NCBI RefSeq assembly: GCF_009914755.1
Contig: NC_060940.1
DNA: 64,000 nucleotides
DNA from: the human T2T-CHM13v2.0 reference genome, Homo sapiens
Reading direction: 5' to 3' (one strand)
Shown piece by piece: positions 22,870-55,865 of this stretch. Position 1 is the first letter of the stretch, and every line of letters starts with the position of its first letter. Both the position numbers and the translations under genes were made by a program. Under the pieces are notes generated by a model. It was not told the DNA's origin, searched no databases, and was given only the letters and a program-made list of their open reading frames with translations.

Positions 22870-23070
22870 TGTTTAGGAGCCAGGACCCAGAAGCCAGCGT
22901 TAACACCTACTAGTTTTGCGACCTGAGTCTCTGAGGCGACCTCAGCTTCCTCATCCATAAAACAGGGATGATGGTAATGATAGCAGCATCTATTGCATAC
23001 CATTATTATGAGGATGCAAAATTCTTAGAATAGTGCCTGTCCTATAGTAAGCCCTATGGAAATGTTTGTT
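22870..23070 (+). mobile_element. MIR
   Basis: CCTCAGCTTCCTCATCCATAAAACAGGGATGAT. Confidence 0.7.
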
Positions 23071-23739
23071 ACATCAATGTTCATACCACCTTCCAGGATG
23101 GGATTTGATAATATGCATTAAAAGCCTTGACCCAGCAATTACACATCAAAGGATTTTTCCTAAAGACATCATCACGGGACATGTGCAAAGATTTATCTTC
23201 AAAGAGGCTCACTGCAGTATTAAGTGACCATAAACAAGGGCCTGGCTAAATAAATGATGGGACAGGGCAGCCATATTTTATGCAAAGGATTGAATTGCTG
23301 AACACCTCTCATAATACAATACCTCACATTATGCAAGATTAAATTTCCTACAGAAAATAAATGCAAGGCAGGATTCACATTTTATGAAATTTTGCCCATA
23401 AAGTTGGATTTAATTAATATTTTATATCCTACTATTTCAAGTTGTGTAATTCAAATTTGCATTAAATGTAACCTGACTGTATATTTATTATGGAACTACA
23501 CAAAAATTTATGTTGCAGAAGAATAAGCAACAGCTGAGGATGACATCCATGATATATCCATTTTTAAAAGTGTGACCCCATTTTTACCAGATAGACATTT
23601 TTAAAACACTGGAAAAATAGACAGCAAAATTTCATGTGTGCTAGCAGGTTACTTGTAATTGTTGTTTCCTTCTCTTTCTTTGCCTACAGTTCCTAATGCG
23701 CTAAAGGAACATGTATTATTTTTATAATAAGAATAAAAG

Positions 23740-25735
<1,996 letters not shown>

Positions 25736-25773
25736 AACAGTTCCTGGAGCAGAACTAGTGCTTAATATAAGTT

Positions 25774-26910
<1,137 letters not shown>

Positions 26911-27702
26911 AGATTTGTTATTACAACAGATGAGGAAATGTGGCCTCAGACAACATAGTAACTTGCCCACAGTTACAAAGCAAGTATTCGATGCAAGATC
27001 TGTTTGGGGTTCCTTGAGATTCTCATAACTGTGGGTTTATACCTTTTTATGAAATTTGAAAAGTGTTCAGTTGTTATTTTTTCAAATACATTTTCTATTC
27101 CTCTTACTTCTCACCTCTCCTTCAGAGACTCCAATTATACATATATTAGAGCACCTGATGTTGACCAAACTTTATCATAGATGGTTTTTTTTTTTTTGGC
27201 ATTGGGGGAGGGTTGAGTCAGAGTCTTACTCTGCTGCTCAGGCTGGAGTGCAGTGGCACAATCTCAGCTCACTGCAACCACCACCTCCCAGGTTCAACTA
27301 ATTGTCTGCCTCAGCCTCCCAAGTAGCTGGGACTACAGGCATGCACCACCATGCCCAGCTAATTTTTTATTTTTTTAGTAGAGAAGGGTTTTTGCCACAT
27401 TGGCCAGGCTGATCTTGAACTCCTGGCCTCAAGTAATCTGCCTGCCTCAGCCTCCCAAAGTGCTGGGATTACAGGCATGAGCCACTGCAGAGAACAGAGG
27501 CTCTGTTCTTTGTGTGCGTGTGTGACTTTTTTTTCTTTAGTCTTTTTTCTCTGTGTCTGAATATTTCCCATAGCCTATGCCTTCATAGTGTCTAATTTGC
27601 TATTTGCTCCACCATTGTACTGTCATCTCTTGAAGTTTAATTTGGGTCTTTTTTCTCTGTCTCCTATATCTCTCATTAACATGCTCAGGCCTCCATCTTC
27701 TT

Positions 27703-27958
27703 GAGTATATTTCTTTTTTTTTTTTCCTCTAAACTGAAAGTGGCTTTATTCAGGATTTGCTGATCATAAGAACAGAGATCTCTCCAACTGTCTCAAGAAA
27801 ATAGGGACTAATTGTAAGAGTCCATGTGGTTGGTGCTAGAATCAAGACAGCTCTGAGGCCTGGGGAGCCCTCTCCATGTCTCTCCTGGAAAGCCCAGCCC
27901 CTCCCTCAGGAGTCTCTGCTCTTTCTGTGCATCTATTCCCTGTATAGAGCATATTTCT
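27703..27958 (-). pseudogene. Short 5'-truncated retrocopy of an unidentified polyadenylated transcript 3' end
   Basis: poly(T) 27714-27725; TTTATT (=AATAAA) 27745-27750; TSD GAGTATATTTCT (27703-27714) / GAGCATATTTCT (27947-27958). Confidence 0.75.
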
Positions 27959-28332
27959 AATAGCTGTTTTAATGTCCTTATCTACTAATTCTATCATCTG
28001 TAACATCTTTGGTTCTCTTTCTATTGGATGATTTTTTTTTCACGATTGGGTCCTACTTTTCTGCTTCTTTGCATGCCTGGTAACTTTTTACTGGACGTCA
28101 AACATTATGAATTCTACATTGCTGACTGCCGACATTTTTTATATTCCCATAAATATTTGGGAGTTTTGTTTTAGCATGCATTTAAGTTATGCGAAACAGT
28201 ATGAAACTTTCAAGGCTTGCTTTTCAGACTGTTAGCCAGGTCCAAAACAGCCTCTAGTCTAAAGTTAATTTGGCCACCAGTGAGACAATATCCTTCTCAG
28301 GACTCCATTCAATGTCCCATATATGAGGAGGC

Positions 28333-28750
28333 TGATATGGTTTGGATATGTGTTTCCTCCAAATCTCATGCTGAAATGCAATCCCCAGTGTTGGAGGTGG
28401 GGCCTAGTGGAGGTGTTTGAGTCACGGGAGCAGATCCCTCACAAATGGCTTGGTGCACTCCCCGTGGTCATGAAAAAGTTCTCACTCTGTTAGGTCATGC
28501 AGAAGCTGGTTGTTTAAAGGGGCCTGGCATCTCCTCCTCTCTCTCTTGCTCCCTCTCTCACCATGTGATACGCCTACTCCCCTTTTACCTTCCGCCATAA
28601 CTGAAAGCTTCCTGTCACCAGAAGCTGAGCAGAGGCTGGTGCCATGCTGCTTATACAGAATCCTGAGAATCCTGAGCCAAATAAACCTCTTTTCTTTATA
28701 AATTACCTAGCCTCAGGTATTCCTTTGGAGCAATGCAAAATGGACTCATG
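28333..28750 (+). mobile_element. MSTB-like solo LTR
   Basis: TGATATGGTTTGGATATGTGTTTCCTCCAAATCTCATG...GCAATGCAAAATGGACT. Confidence 0.85.
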
Positions 28751-29408
28751 GAGAGGTCTTTCCTTTCTGGTCAGTAAGAACACAATTCCCGATCCTATGT
28801 GAGCTCCACCTGGTCCTTCTTGGTGGTCTTTCCTTGGCCTCTGGGAGTTTCTTCACAGGCGTGTACTGATCAGTACTCAGCTAAGAAATGGAGGGGAATG
28901 CTCTAAACAGCTCCAAAATCCTTTCTGTGTGGTTCACTCCCTTGCCTTGGCCTCCCCAGACTCTCAATGCAGGGACACTGTCGTATTCTGTTGTGTTTCT
29001 CCTCTCTGCATCAAGACCTGTGGCCATCACAAGACTTAGCTATTTCCTTTCTTTCAGGATCTCTGTATTGTGCTATCTGTGGTTCAATGTCCGGAAATTA
29101 TTGTTTCATATATGTCATCGGGTTTTTGAGTTGTTTAAAGCAAGAGAGTAAATCTGGTCCCTCCCAGTCTGCCATGGTTGAAAACTGAAGTCTCTGAAGC
29201 CAGGATCTGAACCCAGGGAGACTGACTCCTCAGCTTCCTCCCCATCCCTTATCAATCCTTCAGTTCCTTCTCGTGTTTATTCAAATGTCACATCACTACT
29301 GAGAGGTCTTTGCACACCACCTCAGCCCCAGCTGCACTCCCTGTCCTCCCTGTTTCCCTCCAAGGAATGAAAGCTCCACAAGGGCAGGGACTTTCGCTTT
29401 TGATCCTA

Positions 29409-29795
<387 letters not shown>

Positions 29796-29855
29796 TTAAA
29801 TGAATACATAGCATCCTCTGCTCTCCATGCTAACATGCAGGTCAGGTTTACTTAG

Positions 29856-30683
29856 TGTAAGCAGATAGGGAGGGTCTCCAGAGATTACAAGAATTTAATG
29901 AACTTGAGCAATCAGCCTGTTTTATAGCCTCCTGCCCTGAAGTCCTTTTCTTCCTAAACCTTGTATGGAATGCAGTCACCTAATCAGTTAAAACCAGCTC
30001 CTGGCAGACTCCCACAACTTACAGATGAACCCAAGTGAACATTCCTCATTACCATGCTAAAGTCTCCACCCCCAGAGGAGCTATAGCTTCATTACCTTAA
30101 CATGCAACCTATGTGCTGGCATGATAGCTCAGCGCATCTGCACAACTGAGACCCCACTACACGCAATGCTGCACCCTCTCCCTTCTCTATTACCCCATAA
30201 AACTCGCCTATCACTTTCCCTTGGGAAGACACTGCTTTGGAGAATACTCTCAATGTTCTCCTTTACTTGTATCAAGTAATAAAACTCCTATTGATCCAAA
30301 CCTACATCCCTATAAAGAGTCTTTGTTACTTGCCTGATGAAGAACCCCAGTTTTGTTTTGTTTTGTTTTGTTCTTTGGGATGGAGTCTCGCTCTGTTGCC
30401 CAGGCTGGAGTGCAGTGACGCGATCTCAGCTCACTGCAAGCTCCGCCTCCCGGGTTCACGCCATTCTCCTGCCTCAGCCTCCTGAATAGCTAGGACTACA
30501 GGCGCCCACCACCACACCTGGCTAATTTTTTGTATTTTTAGTAGAGATGGGGTTTCACCGTGTTAGCCAGGATAGTCTCGATCTCCTGACCAAGTGATCC
30601 ACCCACCTCAACCTCCCAAAGTGCTGGGATTACAGGTGTGACCCACCTCACCTGGCCAAGAACCCCAGTTTTTTAGAACAACA
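29856..30683 (+). mobile_element. ERV solo LTR (4-bp TSD, ERV1-like) with AluY at 30350-30657 (-)
   Basis: TGTAAGCAG...AACAACA ends; TSD TTAG; AATAAA ~30278; Alu has AluY-type GGTTCACGCCATTCTCC and TSD AAGAACCCCAGTTTT. Confidence 0.75.
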
Positions 30684-30879
30684 TTAGCATCTGTGCTCTA
30701 GAAAACATCCCACAATGGGCAAACCAAGGACAGATTCTCCACTAAAAGAGAACAAAGCTCATTTCCCCAGGAGAGATTAAGTTGGAGCTGGACACAAATA
30801 GCCCTGGGCCTTACAGCCATCTTCTGACATTAGTCACGGGAGTGAGGTCACCCCAGAACACAGAGGTTCAGAGCTCTAG

Positions 30880-32203
<1,324 letters not shown>

Positions 32204-32504
32204 TCCCTGGACAGGCAGTGTATCCCAGAAAGGCAGACCTGGGCTAGCCACAGAATCTTCAACCCCATCCCCAAGACTTGAGGCTGACAAGAAGTAAAAC
32301 AAAGTGAAGGTGGAGGAGATGAAAAATGGGATGCAAAGAAACAGATGTGATATAGTCCATCTTTCTCTCTCTTTTTTAAAATATAGACTGGGTCTCACTG
32401 TGTTGCCCAGGCTGGTCTCAAACTCCTGACCTCAAGCAATCCCCCCAACCTCAGCCTCCCAAAGCACTGGGATTACAGGTGCAAACCACCATGCCTGGCC
32501 ATCT

Positions 32505-32920
32505 TTTTTTATTTTTTAATTGTGATAAGAACACTAGGGGCCAGGTGCAATGGCTCACACCTGTAATTTCAGCACTTTGGGAGGCCAAGGCAGAAGATCG
32601 CATGAGGCCAGGAGCTCAAGACTAGCCTGGGCAGCATAGCAAGACCCCCATCTCTTAAAAAAAAAAAAAAAAGAAAAAAGAACACAACATGAGATCTCCT
32701 CTCTTAACAGATTTTTTAAGTGTCCAATACATTCCTGCTGACTATAGGTAAATGTCATACGGCAGATTTCTAGAGCTTATTCATCTTGCTTGACTGGAGC
32801 TTTCTGCCCATTGATTAGTAACTCCCCATTTTGCCCTCCCCCAGTCCCTAGCAACCACCATTCCACTCTTTGATTCCGTGCATTTGACTATTTTAAATCC
32901 CTCCTATAAGTGGAATCATG
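32505..32920 (-). mobile_element. L1MB/MA 3' end with inserted FLAM (32539-32680)
   Basis: GAGATCTCCTCTCTTAACA...CCTAGCAACCACCATTCCACTCT...ATAAGTGGAATCATG. Confidence 0.8.
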
Positions 32921-33329
32921 CTCGGTACTCTGACGCCCTTTCCCGCTCACTCCTTCCCCACCCCGTCCTCTAGGCAACGCAACATGAGTCACCTACTCAT
33001 TGCCTTAGGGAGAAAGTTGTCACCATAAAACCAGAGAACAATAGAAACAAATGCTTAGTTTTTAAAATCAAAAGTCAAAGACAAAGTCATAATCCAGACT
33101 GGGTAAAACCCCCTTGATACATCAGTGTTGTGTGGGGAAAAATAAATTTAACAAAAACCCACAGGCTTTATCCGTTTCCAATATCAAGAAGGGTCCCCAG
33201 GGCAGAAACAGAGTTGGACTGGGAACCAAGTTGAGTGCTTGGTGAAAATCAAGCCGCCATGTACCATGCCCCCCTCACCTGTGACACCATCAGAAGGTCA
33301 CATAGGCTGGGAGATAAGAGCCTAGCCTT

Positions 33330-33810
33330 GGCCAGGCACAGTGGCTCACTCCTGAAATCCTAGCATTTTGGGAAGCTGGGGTAAAAGGATTGCTTAAGTC
33401 CAGGAGACCAACCTGGGCTACATAATGAGACCCCTTCTCTACTAAAAATAGAAAAATTAGCTGGGCATGGTGGTGGGTGCCTGTAATCCCTACTCAGGAG
33501 CTGAGGCACCAGAATCCTTTGAACCTGGGAGGCAGAGGTTGCAATGAGCCACGACCACACCACTGCACTCTAACCTGGGTGACAGAGTGAGAATCTGTCT
33601 CAAAAAAAAAAAATTAGCTGGTCATAGTGGTGCATTTTTGTAGTTTCAGCTGCTTGGGAGGCTGAGGTGGGAGGATTGCTTGAGCTGGAGAGGCAGAGGC
33701 TGCAGTGACCCGAGATTGCATCACTGCACTCCAGCCTGGGCAACAGAGAAGGAAAGAGAGAAAGAGAGAAAGGGAGAGAGAAAAAAGGAGAGAAGGTTGG
33801 GGGAGGGAGG

Positions 33811-33848
<38 letters not shown>
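33330..33848 (+). mobile_element. Tandem Alu plus right monomer, with GA-rich tail
   Basis: Alu motifs; (GA)n 33815-33847. Confidence 0.9.
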
Positions 33849-33850
<2 letters not shown>

Positions 33851-33915
33851 AGCCTTGGAGCCAGACTCCCTCCGTTCAAATCCTCGCTCTGCCACTTACC
33901 AGCTGCATGACCTTA

Positions 33916-34553
33916 TGAAGCACCTTCGTTGTCTGGGGTAAATGCCTGAGGTTCGTCGTCTTACGCCAAGGAAATCGAGGACGAGGACACGCAAGAAGTG
34001 AGTTTAAGAGAAGAGGTTTAACAGAGAGAAAGGGAAAAGCTCTCTCTTCTGCGGAGAGAGGGGACACCTAAGTGGGTCTTTGGGTTTTGCGGTGAAATGC
34101 ATGTGCGGGGAGGGGAGGGTTTATAGACTGGCTTGAGGAGGTGTTGTCTAATTTACATAGGGCCCAAAGATTGGTGGACTAGGTGTGATGTTTACAAAGC
34201 GCGCAAAGAAGCTGGCCACCCCACCCTAATCTTCTATTATGCAAATGGCTTCTCTACCTGGCCGGTGTGATGTTGTCGGTTCCTTACTGTACACCTAGTT
34301 GACAAAGAAAAGGGAAGATGGAGCCGCCATGTTGAACATGCCTGGCCGCCACGTAGCCTTTTCCTATTGGCACAGCTGCTGCATTCACCCATGCAAGCTT
34401 CCAGCTTGCTTATCTATGTCTGCAGCTCGATTTTACAGGCTGCTCTTTGTTAGAAAATAAATGATTTAGGGACTGCTTTTTGTTAAAAGGGAAACAGCCG
34501 AGGACTTCCTTACCCTCACTATCTGCCTAAATAATTTTTTAGCGCCTGTACCA
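33916..34553 (-). mobile_element. ERV1 solo LTR, LTR9-like
   Basis: Reverse complement homologous to 17189-17800 (CCCTCACTATCTGCCTAAATAATTT; GTCTGCAGCTCGATTTTACAGGCTGCT); perfect TSD CTTA. Confidence 0.85.
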
Positions 34554-34599
34554 CTTAGACCCACAGGGAGTGACGTTCTCCAAGCTCCTCAAAAGAAAC

Positions 34600-35254
<655 letters not shown>

Positions 35255-35914
35255 GTTTCACATCATGCAGTAGGTCAGATGGGCCTCAAGAAATGATCGG
35301 GGCATACACATGGGCATGGCTTCTCTGGGATTTTTGTTTTTACTTTTTTATTTTTTGAGACAGGGTCTCACTCTGTCACCCAGGCTGGAGTGCAGTGGTG
35401 CAACCTAAGCTCACTGCAGCCTGGAGCTCCTGCACTCAAGTGATCCTCCTGCCTCAGCCTCCCAAGTAGCTAGGACTAGAGCCATGCACCACCATGCCTG
35501 GATAATTTTTTCATTTTTTGTAGAGATGCCCAGGCTGCTCTTGAACTCAAGCGATCTCCCACCTTGGCCTCCCAAAGCACTGGGATTACAGGGGTGAGCC
35601 ACCACACCTGGCCCTGATTAGACTTTCTAGCCCTGCTAGAAAGCACTGCACTTCCCTTAATAGAGTAGCCCAGGCCTGGCTCCTTGGTGGCAGCTGCACC
35701 ACTCCATGTGTGCACCATGCAACTGTACTCCATTGCATGCTTCAGACTGTACTCTGTGAGCACCATTGACCTGAACTGCAACTGGAATAGTGCTCTCTAG
35801 AGTTATGCAGTGCGGCAGTCCTGTGTTCCTTGGGGAACCTCGAGCCTCCTGAATCAATGCTCACTGCCTTTCTCTGCCATCAGCATTTGTTGTTCAGTGA
35901 CCCAAGTGGTATAC

Positions 35915-36075
35915 TGCAGTGGTTCTGAAACGTTGGTATGCATTGGAATCACGACAGACTGTGAGGCACCATCCCCGGAGTTTCTGATTCAGTAGGGTCT
36001 GGAGGAAGGCCCAAGACTTTGCATTCCTACCACATTCCCAGGGGAGGCTGATGTTGCTGGCCCAGGAGGCACCCA
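35915..36075 (+). mobile_element. MER5A-like
   Basis: CAGTGGTTCT...GAGTTTCTGATTCAGTAGGGTCTGG...GCTGATGTTGCTGG. Confidence 0.75.
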
Positions 36076-36197
36076 CTGGTGTAGTGGGTGCTGTTGGTGC
36101 CTCACAGGGACCCTCTTCCCAGCCAGTGCATCCATCCCCAGATGCCCAGAGCACTGGCTGCTAATAGCTCACAGCTGTTTCCTCTCTAGAGCACTGC

Positions 36198-37395
<1,198 letters not shown>

Positions 37396-38583
37396 ACAGC
37401 CCTTGGGCAGAAAGGAACCACTAGATGATGGCCCCCACACCTCCTGGGATCAGACCTCGGACGATAACCCACGGGAATGGGGCCAGCCCCTTGGCCTTAA
37501 GTGGGGACCAGCTCTGTGTTGTCATTTTGCTTCCTGTGGCATTAGTGAGCTTTCTGTACTGTTTTATCCTGCTTCCTCACTCATCTCCTCCTGAGAATTC
37601 TTGGTTTCCATCTTAGGATCTCCTGCTAGGGAACCCAACTCAAGTCAAAGGATGAGAATTTGCATTCCCTATTACCCCATAGGCAAGAAATGATTACTTT
37701 CTCTCCTCCCAATCTCCACCTCACCATCAAAGAAAGATGGGCGGCAGCCTAAACCTTGTGGGTATTTTTTGTTTTGTTTTTGTTTTCTGTTTGCTTGATT
37801 TCGGGGTGGTTTTGTTTTGTTTTGTTTTGTTTTGTTTGAGACAGCCTGGCTTTTTTACCCAGGCTGGAGTGCAGTGGCTTGACCTCGGCTCACTGCATTC
37901 TCTGCCTCCTGGGTTCAAGTGATTCTTTTGCCTCAGCCTCCCCAGCAGCTGAGACTACAAGCGTACACCACCGTGCCCAGCTAATTTTTCTATTTTTAGT
38001 AGAGACAGGGTTTTACCATGTTGCCCAGGCTGGTGTTTTTTGTTTATTAAGAGATGGGGTCACCCTATGTTGCCCAGACTGGACTCTACCTCCCGGGCTC
38101 AAGCAATCCTCCCGACTCAGCCTCCTGATGGCTGAGACTACAGGCGCCCACCACCATGCCTGGTCTGTGTTGGCTATGGTCTGTGTTGAAGCCTCCCTTA
38201 CTTTGAGTGAAAAAGAACCTGCTCCTAGGCCTATCTTTGGGATAAGAAATTGTACTCGGCTCACCAAGGCCAGGGTGGTGGAATTACGGAACAGAAGCGC
38301 CCTCAGCTGGCAAGCTGGAATTAGACACACCCAACTCAATTTCTCCTGTGGAGAAGGAACAGCGAGGGAACACCAGCCCTCTACAGCCTTCCTTCCTCCA
38401 CACACGCACTGCTACCCATGCTTTCAGAAATACTAAGAATTAGCCGAGCGTGATGGTGCATGCCTGTCGTCCTAGCTACTCCAGAGGCTGAGGCGGGGGG
38501 ATCTCTGCATCTGAGAGTTTGAGGATGCAATGAGCTATGATCATGCCACTGCACTCCAGCCTGGGCAACAAAGCAGGACCTGG

Positions 38584-38961
38584 TAATACGGTTTGGGTCT
38601 GTGTTCCCACCCGTATCTCATGTCGAATTGTAACCCCCAATGTTGGAGGTGGGGCCTGGTGGGAGGTGATTGGATCATGGGAGGGGATTTCCTCTTGGGT
38701 GCCGCTCTCATGATAGTGACTTACCACTAGAGCTGCTCATTTAAAATTGTGTAGCACCTCTTCCCCTGTTTCCTCCTGCTCCAACCATATAAGAGGAAAC
38801 TGCTTCCCCTTCGCCTTCTGCCATGATTGTAAGTTTCCTGAAGCCTCCCCAGCCATGCTTCCTGTACAGCCTGCAGAACCATGAGCCAATGAAACCTTTT
38901 TTCTTTATGAATTACCCAGTCTCAGTTATTTCTTTATAGCAGTGTGAGAACGGACTGATAC
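38584..38961 (+). mobile_element. MSTA-like solo LTR inserted in an Alu right arm (38438-38990)
   Basis: TAATACGGTTTGG...GAGAACGGACTGATACA; TSD CCTGG/CCTGA. Confidence 0.85.
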
Positions 38962-39569
38962 ACCTGATCTCTAAATTAAAAAAAAAAAAAGTTAAATACT
39001 AAGAAGTGATTTGCAGAGCTTGTAGGGGTAAAGCTGGGTCTAGAGAGGGCTCAAAAGTACTGCTTCCCCATATCCATCAGTTCAAAGAGTGCCTGGCCTC
39101 GATCATAGACTAGGGCAGAGCTGGCCTCCAGCATCTGTCCAAGAATGTGACCCAGACCTCCTGCCCCAGAACCTCCTAAGGGTGAGAACAGGCCTTTGGG
39201 ACTCTGCCTCCCTCACCCTCACCACCATGACCCGGACCCTGTGTTTCTTGTTTCATTCCTTACTAGTCCAGATAGTCCAGGGTAGGAAGGCTTGGAGGGA
39301 CAGAGTGTGGGATAGATGTGCACACACTGCAGCTCTGTGTCTGTGTGTGCATGCAGGGCCATGTGTGTGGGAAAGATGCAAGAAACGTCTCCCTAGGAGG
39401 GGAATACCTGCACACTGGTTGAGAACATGTTATTGTGAAAAGGTACCTTGGAAAGCGCTGTATCCATCAGCTTCATTGAGCAGATAAGGAAAATGAGGCC
39501 CAGAGAGAATAGACCTGCCCGAGGTTGGTCATGCTGGAGCTTACCCCAAGAAAAGAGAAGTAAGCGTGA

Positions 39570-40023
<454 letters not shown>

Positions 40024-40036
40024 TGATTTATGCCCC

Positions 40037-40741
<705 letters not shown>

Positions 40742-40975
40742 GCACCTGATCCTCAGTCTGTCCAAGAATGTGACCCAGACCTCCCAGGCTGCAGTGCAGT
40801 GGCTTGATCTCGGCTCACTGCAACCTCTGCCTCCTGGGTTCAAGTGATTCTTTTGCCTCAGCCTCCCCAGCAGCTGAGACTACAAGCGTACACCACTGTG
40901 CCCAGCTAATTTTTGTATTTTTAGTAGAGACAGGGTTTTACCATGTTGCCCAGGCTGGTGTTTTTTGTTTATTAA

Positions 40976-43785
<2,810 letters not shown>

Positions 43786-43845
43786 TGGACACTTTAGAAA
43801 TGGTGTTTTGGGCTGGGTTTAGGAGCTTTGAACTTTGGGGTTAGC

Positions 43846-43860
43846 CTGACCTCTAGTGGG
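43846..43860 (-). promoter_or_regulatory. Candidate CTCF site
   Basis: Minus strand CCCACTAGAGGTCAG fits the CCASYAGRKGGCRS core with one mismatch; unique DNA. Confidence 0.55.
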
Positions 43861-44459
43861 CAAACAGAAAACAGTACAAAGCTGGCGGGAGATGCTCAAA
43901 TGTGGCAAAGCGAAGTCCCCGCCCTGGCAGGACGCTTTATTGAGTAGCTGTTATTGACAGCTTACTAGATGTTGAATTTAAGCACCTCATTGAAGTCCAC
44001 ACAGATTGTAAGTGGCAGGGTTGGGGTCTCCCAAGCCTGTCTGGCCTCAGAGCCTTCTTGTTTATCCACAAGGCACAGCGCCTGGCTGGAGAAAACCATC
44101 ACGTTGCATCCAGACAGGTGACCCAGTGGATAAAGCCCTTCCCTTACATCATTGAAACAACACACACATCCTGTGACAAAGGTTATTACACCCACTTCTT
44201 ACACCTAGAAGCTGCAGTGCTCAACAGCCTAGCCCAAAGTCATACTCCGTCCTTCATTCAATGCTAATTTATCACTCAGTCTTCAGCATAGTGCTGGACA
44301 CTGGAAATAAATGGAAAGCAAAACACACAAGATCCCTACCCTGCCCGCAAAAGGCTTGGAGATTAATCAGTTGCTACCAGAACTGAGGTCCCCGTTGCCC
44401 AGGCAAATGATCTTTTTGCTATGACACTAGGAATGCCAGCTGATTTTCTGGGTGGCTAG

Positions 44460-45838
<1,379 letters not shown>

Positions 45839-45913
45839 CCTGAGATAAGGATTAAAGTGCAAATCATTTATCTGAGAATTGACCCCAGGAAGCACTGTGG
45901 GGGAATGGGGAAG

Positions 45914-46318
45914 TATATTAGTCTGCTAAAGCTGCCAAAACAAAATGCCATAGACTGGGTGGCTTAAACAACAGGAATATACTTTCTCACAGTTCTGGAG
46001 GCTGGAAGTTCAAGATCAAAGTGCTGGCAGGGTTGGTTTCCTCAGAGGCCTCTCTCCTTGGCTGCAGGTGGCTGACCTCCTGCTGCCTTTTCACATGGTT
46101 GTCTGTCTGTGCAGCAGATGCCTGGTGTCTCTCGGTGTCCTAATCTCCTCTGTTAAGTACAACCGTCGGATTGGATTAGGGCCCACCCTTACAGCCTCAT
46201 TTTAGCTTATTAACCTCTTGAAAAGCCCTATTTCCAAATGCAGTCACGTTCTGAAGCACTGGGGGTTGAGACTTCAACATGTGAATTGGGAGGGGAGCAC
46301 ACAGTTCAGTCCCTAACA
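45914..46318 (-). mobile_element. MLT1A/B-like LTR inside an older ERVL LTR (~45510-47270)
   Basis: TATATTAGTCTGCTAAAGCTGCC...TTCAGTCCCTAACA; TSD GGAAG. Confidence 0.8.
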
Positions 46319-46432
46319 GGAAGTAAGACGGGAGGGAAAGACACAATGAAAGGGCATTTGACTAAGTAGGTTACTGCTGTGGGGAACCGGGGCTGATCCC
46401 ACTGGGTACATCTGAGACAGTTTAGGACACTC

Positions 46433-49546
<3,114 letters not shown>

Positions 49547-49691
49547 TTATCCCACTCCATTTGAGAGACCAATAAAGACTTTAGATAGCTTTAGACAGGT
49601 GGAGATCAAGAGTTCTGAACCCAACAGTGTGAGGCTCTGCATCCAGGAATCCAGGCTTCTAGTCAACTCCTGACCTTAGACTTCAGATTTA

Positions 49692-49736
49692 ATAGGTTGC
49701 TGCAAAAGTAGTTGCAGTTTTTGCCATTACTTTTAA
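49692..49736. mobile_element. MADE1 (mariner MITE) half copy
   Basis: TAGGTTGCTGCAAAAGTAGTTGCAGTTTTTGCCATTACTTTTAA. Confidence 0.8.
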
Positions 49737-50185
49737 AGTTGGACTTTTCTCTCCTCTCTCTGCCTAAATTCCAGGCTGGACCACCTGCATACACCTAGAA
49801 TCTTGCCTAGTTTAATATTCCCTCTCTGTAACTCAGGGATCAGAATCTCACCCTTGGACCCCAGCCTGGATGCCTGGGGCCATATCACTTCTGATAACCT
49901 ATTTACCCATCTACCTTCCTGCCAGGGTCTCCAAATATCACCTCCTGGATTCCCCAGTGACCTGCTCCACCTGCCTGAGTGACCTGGCAGAGATGGCCGC
50001 CTTTTGATGGGAAACAAGACATTAGTATGGTCTTGTTGGTAAAGACAAGATGTTGGTAAACAAGACATTTATAATAACTCAGACAATTCCTCCTTCCATT
50101 GGAAGATAGCCTGGCTCCATGGGGCTACTGGGACCTGACAAGTTATGTTTAGCACTACTGTGTTTTGTTTCCTGGTTCTCAAGTT

Positions 50186-51240
<1,055 letters not shown>

Positions 51241-51606
51241 ATGCATCAGATCAATCCTAGCTCCTATTCCCTCACCTTAGTGAATAGAGCTAAGCCCACC
51301 AGACCAACAACTCCAAATGCACACATGTGTGTGTCTGTGTGTGTGTGTCTGTGTGTGTGTTTTCAGAGCCTCATGCTCTGCCAGCCAAGCTAGCTGGGTG
51401 CAAATTTGTGAAGAACATAAAATATAAGGTCTTACTGCATCTATTCTTGCCCTCTTCTCCAATCACTTCCCCACACAGAATCCCAAGTGGCCCTTTACAA
51501 TGCAAATGTAATTATATCACTCCCCTAATCAAAATCTTCAGCATCTGCCTCTTGCTCTTTGGAAATCTTCACCAGGGCAAATCAACACAGCCCCTGAACT
51601 GAACAA

Positions 51607-55865
<4,259 letters not shown>

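Larger units (their letters stand above)
27000..29190 (-). mobile_element. Old L1M 5'/ORF1 region with nested Alu, retrocopy and MST LTR
   Basis: AAATTTGAAAAGTGTTCAG...TCAAATA...GAGACTCCAATTATACATATATTAG; TTTTCTGCTTCTTTGCATGCCTGGTAA. Confidence 0.7.
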
